From Candidatus Micrarchaeia archaeon (GTDB lineage Archaea; Micrarchaeota; Micrarchaeia; Micrarchaeales; CABMGC01): 37,520 bases of DNA. Positions 18,433 through 26,785 of this stretch are shown here, in pieces (the stretch's first letter is position 1; the number at the start of each line of letters is the position of its first letter). The DNA lies in the NCBI GenBank assembly GCA_049976845.1, contig JBMFHL010000005.1, forward strand, positions 1 through 37,520, read 5' to 3'. The notes below the pieces were generated by a model. That model ran no database searches. It was not told where the DNA came from and saw nothing but the letters and a program-made list of their open reading frames with translations. A program made the position numbers and the translations under genes.

Positions 18433-19305
18433 ATGCACTCTCTGCTTTCGATAGGAGGAAATGCGCTTGACGAGAGAATGGAAAATCTCAGAAAGGCAAT
18501 GCCAGCCATATATAAACTTTACGGTCAGGGCAGCGTTATAATAACACATGGCAATGGCCCGCAGGTCGGCGAACTAGCAAGTGTCGAGGACAAAGCCTTG
18601 GCGCTACTAACTGCGCAGACCGAGGCCGAGATAGGCATCGCCATCAAAAAAGAGCTATTAAATTACTTTTCTTCAAAGCATAGGCACGTTAAAGTAGAAA
18701 TAGTGTTGACTACTGTATTAGTAAATAAAAAAGACGGTGCATTCAGAAATCCTACAAAGCCAATAGGCTTATACTACAGCGAAGCAGAAATGCAAAGGCT
18801 GAGGAGAATGCATTGGTCTTTCAGAAAGTTTGAAAAAGGATACAGGCGTGTTGTTGCATCGCCAGCGCCATTGAAAATAATTAATATTAACACAATAAAA
18901 TTATTGGCAAAAGGTCATAGCATAATAATAGCAGCAGGAGGTGGAGGTATACCTGTATTATTTGAAAAGAATGCATACAGATTCGCAGAAGCGGTAATAG
19001 ACAAGGATTCTGCCTCTTATGTACTTGCAAATAACATGAGTATAAAGCGCATGTTCCTGCTCACGAACGTAGACGGTGCATACACAAATTTCAATTCTTC
19101 AAGCAGGAAGCTAATAGGTAAAGTTACTATAGGCGAGCTTGAGGAGTATACAAAAAAAAGGTATTTTGAACAAGGGACAATGCTACCTAAGGTAAATGCA
19201 TGCATCAACTTCATAAAAAATGGAGGAAGTGTTGCTGTGATAGGTAACCTGTCAAAGGCTCTTGAAGTGATAAATATGAAAGGCTGCACCATTATTAAAA
19301 AATAG
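18433..19305 (+). CDS. arcC: Carbamate kinase
   Basis: SIGGNAL, THGNGPQVG, NPTKPIG, YRRVVASP, GGGGIPV, EAVIDKD and GTMLPKV. Confidence 0.95.
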   Translation: MHSLLSIGGNALDERMENLRKAMPAIYKLYGQGSVIITHGNGPQVGELASVEDKALALLTAQTEAEIGIAIKKELLNYFSSKHRHVKVEIVLTTVLVNKKDGAFRNPTKPIGLYYSEAEMQRLRRMHWSFRKFEKGYRRVVASPAPLKIININTIKLLAKGHSIIIAAGGGGIPVLFEKNAYRFAEAVIDKDSASYVLANNMSIKRMFLLTNVDGAYTNFNSSSRKLIGKVTIGELEEYTKKRYFEQGTMLPKVNACINFIKNGGSVAVIGNLSKALEVINMKGCTIIKK

Positions 19306-19310
19306 CCGAA

Positions 19311-20396
19311 TCATAGCGTAAGCCCCTCTATAACTTTTATAATATCCCCTATTTTTGCATTGGTTTTTATGCCACTACTATCCACGTGGGTTTTGCTAAC
19401 TTTATAACCTTCTGCAGCAAGGGCATTTGCTACATTTGTAACGCTGACAGCTCCAAGTTTCAAATATTTTGTCAATTTTGGAACAGAGAAAAAGAATGGA
19501 AAGTCAATTTCATCGTGGATAATGCTGAGGAGCTTTCTCTCATCATTGTGGAGATCTTGCTTTAGCATTCTTTCAAGTATCTCCTCATTCTTCAGACTGC
19601 CTAGCCAAAGTGGCCCATAAACAAGCATGCTGTTACCGCAATAATCACACTTGTTCTCGATGCCCAATATGCCTTTCTTATACAAAACATTGTGACACTT
19701 ATTACAGTAAGACGCAAACCCGCACTTCTTTATCGATTCCACTGCTTTGGCTGCACCTCTCTTAAGTCTTACAAAAATGCGCATGTAATGCATATTTGCT
19801 ATTGCAAGCTCTACTTCTATTCCAAAATTAAATTGTGCAGCTTCTCTGGCAACGAAGCATGCTAATATCCTTAAGCCGGATTCATGGCATAGTTCATTGT
19901 GCATTGGCACAGAAAAATATAACTTCATGCAGGCGTTTGTATGTGCGCCGCAGAGCACAGCAGTATCAGTAGCTGTAATCATAATAACGCTGTTGTCCTT
20001 TGATACCTTAAGCAGATCATGAATGTGTGGTGCAGGAGAGCCAAAAGGATCCAAGTCAATGAAATCAAATGCGCCTTCATATGTATTTGCAAACTCCTGT
20101 ATACTTTTGTTGTATGCAGCTGCATTAGTCATATTATTTTTGTTAAGGTTTCTAACAATATTGTCATAAGCATTTTCATTTATCTCCACAAATGTCACAT
20201 TGCCAAAGCCCGCTTCCAGCGCGTATCTTATACCTCTTACGCCTGTTGCTGGAGTAGCATCTAGCATTAATGCAGTTTTGTTGCTATTTGCAACGTTAAG
20301 ATAAGCTATGGAGATATCCCTTAAACCTTTCATCTTCGGATTGTAGAATACTCCCTCCATAACCTCAATATGTGCTTTGCCTTCTTCAACTTCCAT
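19311..20396 (-). CDS. trm1: tRNA (guanine-26,N2)-dimethyltransferase
   Basis: VFYNP, ATGVRGIRY, IDLDPFGSP, TATDTAVLCG, CxxC Zn motifs and GPLWLG. Confidence 0.95.
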   Translation of the reverse strand: MEVEEGKAHIEVMEGVFYNPKMKGLRDISIAYLNVANSNKTALMLDATPATGVRGIRYALEAGFGNVTFVEINENAYDNIVRNLNKNNMTNAAAYNKSIQEFANTYEGAFDFIDLDPFGSPAPHIHDLLKVSKDNSVIMITATDTAVLCGAHTNACMKLYFSVPMHNELCHESGLRILACFVAREAAQFNFGIEVELAIANMHYMRIFVRLKRGAAKAVESIKKCGFASYCNKCHNVLYKKGILGIENKCDYCGNSMLVYGPLWLGSLKNEEILERMLKQDLHNDERKLLSIIHDEIDFPFFFSVPKLTKYLKLGAVSVTNVANALAAEGYKVSKTHVDSSGIKTNAKIGDIIKVIEGLTL

Positions 20397-20404
20397 GCAA
20401 TCAG

Positions 20405-20653
20405 CTATTCTATGACATGCCCAAGCTTTAGAAGCGCGTCAAGCAATCCATGGGCGTAGGAGATACTGGCAAATGCAGTGTAATAGTCTCTCTTTTCGAG
20501 CCAAGACGAGGCATCGCTTGCATACATCTTCGCTATCTCCATGATGCGGTCGAAGTCTTCCTTGGACAATTTGTCAAAATTAACTCTATTATATCTTATT
20601 GTAGAGATTTCAAATTTCTTTATGTCTTTTGAAATCCTCTCTTCAATTTCCAT
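20405..20653 (-). CDS. DUF357-family protein
   Basis: AKMYASDASSWLEKRDYYTAFASISYAHGLLDA matches the family pattern as recalled. Confidence 0.8.
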   Translation of the reverse strand: MEIEERISKDIKKFEISTIRYNRVNFDKLSKEDFDRIMEIAKMYASDASSWLEKRDYYTAFASISYAHGLLDALLKLGHVIE

Positions 20654-20705
20654 AGGAACACCGGTTAATCTATACTTTTAAAAGGATAATAAACCATACC
20701 TTACT

Positions 20706-21269
20706 ATGGCAGATCAAATAATAGTAATAACCGGCACTCCTGGAGTTGGGAAAACAACTTTTGCAAAGAAACTAAACAAGATAATGAACGCAAAGCTAGT
20801 TGAGGCAAACGAGGTAATAAGCAAATACAAGCTTTATACAGGAACTGACAAATACGGTACGAAAATAGTAAAGATGCGAAGCCTCGAGAAAAAGCTAAAC
20901 GAGATTGCGGCTAAAGAGAAAGGCCCATTGATACTAGAAGGCCACATATTGGCTGATATAAGGATAAAAGGTGCAATAGCAATAGTGCTGAGAGAGCATT
21001 TAACAGAGTTAAAAGAAAGGCTGAAGAAAAGGCATTATGCCAGTGAAAAGATAATGGATAATCTTGTAAGCGAGGCAACGGATTACTGCGGCATAGAAGC
21101 AAGCAGGAGGTACAAAAAAGTATTCGAATTCTATTCTCGTGACAAGAGCCTGGAAAAGAAAATACTAAATGCAATCAAGGGCAAAGCAGAGGGCGAATAC
21201 ATAGAGCTGCTCCCAGAGCTAAAGCAAATACTGAATCACAAAGAGATTTTTTCTAAAAGTGCAGCATAG
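20706..21269 (+). CDS. Adenylate kinase, AK6/Fap7-like
   Basis: IVITGTPGVGKTT, ILEGH and LKERLKKRHY...KIMDNL. Confidence 0.85.
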   Translation: MADQIIVITGTPGVGKTTFAKKLNKIMNAKLVEANEVISKYKLYTGTDKYGTKIVKMRSLEKKLNEIAAKEKGPLILEGHILADIRIKGAIAIVLREHLTELKERLKKRHYASEKIMDNLVSEATDYCGIEASRRYKKVFEFYSRDKSLEKKILNAIKGKAEGEYIELLPELKQILNHKEIFSKSAA

Positions 21270-22615
21270 GCTTCAGGCGCATACTTCCTAGGTATGTTAG
21301 AGAGTACCTTCGCTTTAGACATTTTTATCTCTTTTCCCAAATTCATTTCCTTAACTCTCACTATTGCCTTTAATGCATCAGAGGCATTCCTATACCTCTT
21401 TTTCTCTATTGCATAGAGCATGTCGTCTTTTATAATAAGACCAAGGGCCTTTGAGTGCTTCTCAATAAATTTTTCAGAATATTCTCCTTTGAAAGTGCTC
21501 GGGCCTTTCATCATTCTAGACGCTGATCTGTCGTCAGGCATGAAATAAAGCAAAAGCCCTTCGCCTTTTGAAATAAAAGAAGAATAGATATAAGTTTCAA
21601 ATCCCTCTTTAGCAGCTTCTGCCATTATAGCATTGCCAATCTTGTTAAGCTGAGGCCAAACAATATCCTCGCTCTCATCAGGAACCTTTACTACTATTAA
21701 ATACGGCCTTAAGCCGCTGTTCTTCTCAAACGCCTTTAAGAGCGACGGAGTTTTAAGGGAGGAAAATCCTTTACCATAGAAAAACCTAAGGCTTGGCTTC
21801 TTAAGCAGCTCCCTGGCTACTACTACAAACCTGGAGAGGGATTCGATTGAAACTCCAGCCGCAACATTCCTATTTGGATCCACAGGGTCTATTACGACGA
21901 ACTGCGCATTGAATTTCCTGAATATACTCTCATCCCTAACAATACTTTTATCCTTAGGGACTATGCACATAGGCAGTGAGAATTTGGTGGCGGCATCAAG
22001 CAGCTTTTCAAGCGAGCCGAAGGTATATACAAGCAGCTCACATAGGTAGCCTGAGAAGCCCTTTACCTTAACTTCTGCGCCGTATATGTGATGAGCCTTG
22101 AGTAGATATTTAAGCAATCTGACATCATCCCTCTGCCTGTCAGTGAAATTAGAATTTATGAAATCTGTGTGCAACGGGCTCCTATCAACGCTAGTCCCCA
22201 TCTCATTTATGTTGCTTATTTTGAAAGCAGGCACAAGGTCTACTTTTATGCCAAAATCATCTAAGTAAAGCCTCGCGTATGCATGCTCAGCATACTTAAT
22301 CTCAAGCCTCTCGTGCTTTTTCTTGCCAATAATCATTTTTGCATACTTTAAGCCAAGCTTGGATACCTCCTCATCGTCATATCTCTTGTTGAAAAGCATG
22401 AAAATATCTATATCAGAATCGCCAGATAGATTAGTGCTCCTTGCTATAGAACCTACAATCCTAAGCTCTACGTCTTTAGGTATTATCTTTTCTAGCCTCG
22501 ACATCACTTCGTTTGCATGGGCAATAGTGCTTTTCACTTCAAGATCATCAGGTTTTATCTCCTTCAATACCTGCCCAAAGATATTCCTAAGCTTCTTCTC
22601 CTTCTCTGCTTCCAT
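21236..22615 (-). CDS. cca: Archaeal class I CCA-adding enzyme
   Basis: VGSIARSTNLSGDSDIDIF, YAEHAY, VDRSPLH, YGAE..GFSGYLCELL and DPVDPNRNVAA; 34-bp convergent overlap with the kinase gene. Confidence 0.95.
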   Translation of the reverse strand: MEAEKEKKLRNIFGQVLKEIKPDDLEVKSTIAHANEVMSRLEKIIPKDVELRIVGSIARSTNLSGDSDIDIFMLFNKRYDDEEVSKLGLKYAKMIIGKKKHERLEIKYAEHAYARLYLDDFGIKVDLVPAFKISNINEMGTSVDRSPLHTDFINSNFTDRQRDDVRLLKYLLKAHHIYGAEVKVKGFSGYLCELLVYTFGSLEKLLDAATKFSLPMCIVPKDKSIVRDESIFRKFNAQFVVIDPVDPNRNVAAGVSIESLSRFVVVARELLKKPSLRFFYGKGFSSLKTPSLLKAFEKNSGLRPYLIVVKVPDESEDIVWPQLNKIGNAIMAEAAKEGFETYIYSSFISKGEGLLLYFMPDDRSASRMMKGPSTFKGEYSEKFIEKHSKALGLIIKDDMLYAIEKKRYRNASDALKAIVRVKEMNLGKEIKMSKAKVLSNIPRKYAPEAYAALLEKISL

Positions 22616-22661
22616 GATAACTAATAGCATTAAAAACCTTAAATTAATAACTTTATTGCAG

Positions 22662-22733
22662 GGGCTCGTGGCTCAGTAGCAGAGCGTCTCGTTCGCAACG
22701 AGAAGGTCGCGGGTGCGATTCCCGCCGAGTCCA
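22662..22733 (+). tRNA. tRNA-Ala(CGC); CCA not encoded
   Basis: Acceptor GGGCTCG/CGAGTCC with G3:U70, anticodon arm TCTCG-TTCGCAA-CGAGA, T arm GCGGG-TGCGATT-CCCGC. Confidence 0.93.
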
Positions 22734-22734
22734 C

Positions 22735-22765
22735 AAACTTCTTGGGAAGAAGTTTTATCAAGAAG
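22735..22765. repeat. Perfect 9-bp hairpin with an alternative pairing arm, directly after tRNA-Ala
   Basis: AAACTTCTT-GGG-AAGAAGTTT; CTTCTTG (22738-22744) is also complementary to CAAGAAG (22759-22765). Confidence 0.6.
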
Positions 22766-22918
22766 CAGAAACTGCATATTTATAAATAAAAATAAGCAGA
22801 TACCCTATTTGGAGAAAAGTTCAATGTAAAGACTGTATCGTTGGATATATCTCCAGTGCAAAATTCCCTGCTAATTTAACAATGCTAGTGGGAATTCCAC
22901 ACTATTTAATTTGGGATA

Positions 22919-24244
22919 TCACGGATAAGGTACCCTTCCATAAGCCCTAGGAAATGATATAGTATTTCTTATATTCTCTATGCCGAGTGCCCACCTCACA
23001 ATTCTATCTATGCCAGCACCAAGGCCCGAATGAGGCACGCATCCATAATCCCTTAATTCAATATACCATCTATACCTTTCTAGCTCCTCCGGCGTTTCCC
23101 TGCCCTTCTCTTTCATCCTGTCCAGGAGCTGCTGCTTGTCGCAGATCTTTTCAGCAACCCCTAATACTTCCCCAAAACCATTTGGCGCTATAAGGTCTTC
23201 AGTTCTTGTCTCTTTCTCGTTGCTGCTGTCCTTTTTGAAAGGGAACGACTCTGCGCTGCACGGTATGCCTTTTACAAATACTGGCTTTTTCATATCCTCT
23301 GAAAGTATTTTTTCTTCATCCGCACCCAGGCTAGCGCCCCATTCAATTTTGCTTCCTTTTGACTGGACCAAATCGATCGCCTCATCATATGTAATGCTCT
23401 TGTACGGAGGCTTAATGTCATTTATGTCAATTGCATTTTCAAACTCTTCAATTTCTTTGCTGCTTCTCTCCATCGCCGATTTTAGGGTCTCATAAAGAAC
23501 TTCCTCGGCAAATTTCTTCATGTCATCCAAATCTGCAAATGCGACCTCCGCCTTAAGGTGCCAATACTCTGCCAAATGCCTGTTTGTCCTGCTTTTTTCA
23601 GCCCTGAACGATGGCGTAATATTGTAAACTTTTTCAAAACCATGCACAGCAGCTTCTAATTGGAATGCAACACACTGCGATAAGAACATTTTCGTCCCGA
23701 AAAAATCAATAGGGAAAGCCATGCTGTCATCGTATAAGAGGGTCTGTGTTATAACAGGCGCATCTATGAAAACAAATCCTCTTTTATTGAACCATTCATG
23801 CATGGAATAGAGGAAATTGCTTTTGAATCTAAGCACTGACATCATTTTTTTGTTCCTTAAGTACAAGTGCCTTTTGCTTAAGTTGATATTTACATACTTT
23901 TTGTCAAATAAATCAAAGTTGCTCCTTGGGCTTGGCTCTATGCTAATAAGCGCCTCCCCTATTACTTCTACATCCTTAGCCTCTATCTCATGGGCTTTAT
24001 TTTTCCCTTCCTTCAAAACGCCCACAACCCTTATTGCCGATTCCGGCTTAAGCGCCTTTAACTTTTGGAATTTATCCTCTGCCACTATATTATCTTTCAC
24101 TACCACCTGAATAAAACCGGTAGAATCCTCCAAAAGCACAAAGATCGTGCCGCCAAGGTCCTGTTTCGATTTTATCCATCCGCTTATGTCTACACTATTA
24201 TTGACATCAAAGCCAAGAATATCTGAAATAAATATTTTTTTCAT
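22919..24244 (-). CDS. AsnRS-family class IIb aminoacyl-tRNA synthetase or paralog with a divergent amino-acid pocket
   Basis: OB-fold N-terminus (GWIKSKQDLGGTIF), motif 2 PSFRAEKSRTNRHLAEYW, motif 3 PHSGLGAGIDR, C-terminal FPR. Confidence 0.85.
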   Translation of the reverse strand: MKKIFISDILGFDVNNSVDISGWIKSKQDLGGTIFVLLEDSTGFIQVVVKDNIVAEDKFQKLKALKPESAIRVVGVLKEGKNKAHEIEAKDVEVIGEALISIEPSPRSNFDLFDKKYVNINLSKRHLYLRNKKMMSVLRFKSNFLYSMHEWFNKRGFVFIDAPVITQTLLYDDSMAFPIDFFGTKMFLSQCVAFQLEAAVHGFEKVYNITPSFRAEKSRTNRHLAEYWHLKAEVAFADLDDMKKFAEEVLYETLKSAMERSSKEIEEFENAIDINDIKPPYKSITYDEAIDLVQSKGSKIEWGASLGADEEKILSEDMKKPVFVKGIPCSAESFPFKKDSSNEKETRTEDLIAPNGFGEVLGVAEKICDKQQLLDRMKEKGRETPEELERYRWYIELRDYGCVPHSGLGAGIDRIVRWALGIENIRNTISFPRAYGRVPYP

Positions 24245-24379
24245 GATTTTTTTATGCCCTTCTAATTTATAAACCTTAAATTTGTTTACGTCTATTGCGC
24301 ATCTTGCTTGTCATTTTTAAAAAAATAAATGCCAAGCTATAAATACTTTTATAACAAAGTTATATTTGCAGGTGATTCA

Positions 24380-25021
24380 ATGAAAGATGAAAAAGATATC
24401 TCTAAAAGTATTGAACTAAAGCATTACGAGCTGCCTACGCTTCCATACAAATTAAATGCATTAGAACCACACATAAGCGAGCAGATTATGGATGTGCACT
24501 ACAATGGTCATCACAAAGCATATGTAAATGGTGCAAATGCTGTTCTAGATAAAATAGACAATATAACGAAGGGTTCAGTGCAAGGCTATGATATGTCTGG
24601 AATCGTAAGAAATCTTGTATTCAATGTAAATGGCCACAAACTCCACACAATGTTCTGGAATTCAATGGCGCCTGAGGGCAAAGGCGGCGGCAAGCCCGGG
24701 GGAGCACTCGCAGACCTAATAGATAAGCAGTTCGGGAGCTTTGAAATATTCAAGCAATTCTTCAACGATTCAATGAAATCCCTTACTGGAACTGGCTGGA
24801 CTGTTCTGCTGTTTGACAAAGAGATTAACAGGCTTGAAATCTCTACAATAGAAAACCATTTCATAAACCACATAGCAGAATTGCCTGTACTTCAGATAGT
24901 TGATGAGTTCGAGCATGCCTATTACCTGCAGTACAAAAACAACAGGAATGCCTATTTGGATGCGTGGTGGAATCTTGCCGATTGGGACAGCGCTGAGAAG
25001 AGGTTAAAGAGATTCATCTAA
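24380..25021 (+). CDS. sod: Fe/Mn superoxide dismutase
   Basis: [29 protein letters not shown] and [18 protein letters not shown] before ATG 24380. Confidence 0.96.
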   Translation: MKDEKDISKSIELKHYELPTLPYKLNALEPHISEQIMDVHYNGHHKAYVNGANAVLDKIDNITKGSVQGYDMSGIVRNLVFNVNGHKLHTMFWNSMAPEGKGGGKPGGALADLIDKQFGSFEIFKQFFNDSMKSLTGTGWTVLLFDKEINRLEISTIENHFINHIAELPVLQIVDEFEHAYYLQYKNNRNAYLDAWWNLADWDSAEKRLKRFI

Positions 25022-25099
25022 ATTCCAGCATAATACCTTCTTAGCATGCAAAACTGCTTAGCATACGCCTTAAATACTTTTTAAGCACAAGCCATATAT

Positions 25100-26146
25100 A
25101 TGGAAAAGGAGGGCGTCTTGTACACGAGCCTTCCAAATGGAAGGGCAATATGCAATCTCTGCTACAGGAGATGCAATATACCTGAAAATGGCATCGGCTT
25201 CTGCGGAGTAAGGGAGAACATAAAAGGCAAAATATACTCCACAATTTACGGCAAAATCATTGCCCTAAACATAGATCCGATAGAGAAGAAGCCTCTCTTC
25301 CACTACAAGCCCGGGGCAAGGATGCTGAGCCTTGGCACTGTGGGCTGCAATTTCAACTGCCAGTACTGCCAAAACTGGGACATAAGCCATACCCACGAGC
25401 ATTTGGGGAGTAATATAACACCAGAGCAGCTCGTGGAGACTGCACTTGAGCACGGCGCCGACGGCATAACCTATACATACAATGAGCCCACAATATTCAT
25501 GGAATATGCAATAGATGTGGCGAAGCTGGCAAGGAAGCACAAGCTGTTCAACACCTTCGTTACAAATGGCTACATGACGCCAGAAGCTGCAGAATTGGCG
25601 TCAAAGTACATAGATGCCATGACAGTAGATTTCAAAGGAAACGCAAGCGAAGCTTTCGCAAGAAAGTATATTTCAATAGTATCAGAAAGTGGGATTTTCG
25701 ATACACTCAAGGTGCTCAAAGAAAAGAAGGTGTTTATAGAGATAACTGATCTTGTTGTGCCAAAAATAGGTGATTCCCTGGAAGATGCAGAGAAGCTTGT
25801 CAAATGGGTATATAATAATCTTGGCCCTGAAACGCCAATCCACTTCCTTAGGTTCCATCCGGATTTCAAAATGACAAATATAGAGGAAACACCGATAGAA
25901 ACGCTCGAGGCGCATTACAACCTTGCGAAGAAACTCGGCATGAAATATGTATATGTGGGCAACGCACCAGGGCATGAGTACGAGAATACATATTGTCCAA
26001 AGTGCCACGCCCTGCTCATAAAGAGATTCATATTTGACATACTCGAATATAATATAACCAGTGACCTGAGGTGCCCAAAGTGTGGGGAAAAGATAAATAT
26101 TGCTGTGAAACCTAATATAAGCGGCGTAAATGGTGCTACTGGATGA
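25100..26146 (+). CDS. amrS: AmmeMemoRadiSam system radical SAM enzyme
   Basis: CNLCYRRC...GFCGVR, DPIEKKPLFH, GCNFNCQYCQNWDIS, YTYNEP, RFHP and YVYVGN. Confidence 0.93.
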   Translation: MEKEGVLYTSLPNGRAICNLCYRRCNIPENGIGFCGVRENIKGKIYSTIYGKIIALNIDPIEKKPLFHYKPGARMLSLGTVGCNFNCQYCQNWDISHTHEHLGSNITPEQLVETALEHGADGITYTYNEPTIFMEYAIDVAKLARKHKLFNTFVTNGYMTPEAAELASKYIDAMTVDFKGNASEAFARKYISIVSESGIFDTLKVLKEKKVFIEITDLVVPKIGDSLEDAEKLVKWVYNNLGPETPIHFLRFHPDFKMTNIEETPIETLEAHYNLAKKLGMKYVYVGNAPGHEYENTYCPKCHALLIKRFIFDILEYNITSDLRCPKCGEKINIAVKPNISGVNGATG

Positions 26147-26765
26147 TTCTATGAAAGTTTACAAATTAAGCGAAGGTGAAAAGCTTGTCAAATCTGCAAG
26201 GAATGCAATAGAGCTATATTTAAGATCGCCTAAGTTTGACAGAAGCATAATAGAAAAATCTCTGGCAGAGTTCAACGACAATGTCGGCGTTTTCGTCACA
26301 ATAGAGCACTACCCTACAATGTCGCTAAGGGGCTGCATAGGCTTTCCAAGGGCTGTCGGTCCTATAAAAAAGACGCTCGTAGAGGCGGCGATAGCCGCAG
26401 CAACAGAAGACCCCAGGTTTATTCCTCTCTCTCACGTCGAATTGGATGACATAATAATAGAAGTGAGTATATTGACAGAGCCTGTGCTTATCGGCGGGAC
26501 TCCAAGCGAGATAAAGAGGCAGATTAAGATAGGCAAAGACGGGCTAATAATTGAATATGGATATGAGAGTGGGTTGCTCTTGCCAATAGTTGCAGTTGAG
26601 CAAAAGTGGAACGAGGAGGAATTCCTCAACAACGTGTGCATAAAGGCAGGCTTGCGTGAAGATACTTGGAAGCATGGCAATGCAACGCTTTACAAGTTTT
26701 CAACGCAGGTTTTTAGGGAGGAATCGCCAAACGGAAAGGTAATAGAAGTCAAACTTGAGCAATAA
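26130..26765 (+). CDS. AMMECR1-domain protein (AmmeMemoRadiSam protein A)
   Basis: GVFVTI...LRGCIG, AATEDPRF, EVSILT, GLLLP and CIKAGL. Confidence 0.93.
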   Translation: MVLLDDSMKVYKLSEGEKLVKSARNAIELYLRSPKFDRSIIEKSLAEFNDNVGVFVTIEHYPTMSLRGCIGFPRAVGPIKKTLVEAAIAAATEDPRFIPLSHVELDDIIIEVSILTEPVLIGGTPSEIKRQIKIGKDGLIIEYGYESGLLLPIVAVEQKWNEEEFLNNVCIKAGLREDTWKHGNATLYKFSTQVFREESPNGKVIEVKLEQ

Positions 26766-26785
26766 ACTTGAGGAGCATGAAGGGC

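Noticed and set aside
22735..25021. Integrated element or provirus at tRNA-Ala
   Set aside because: No integrase, viral genes or duplicated tRNA 3' end were seen in the window.
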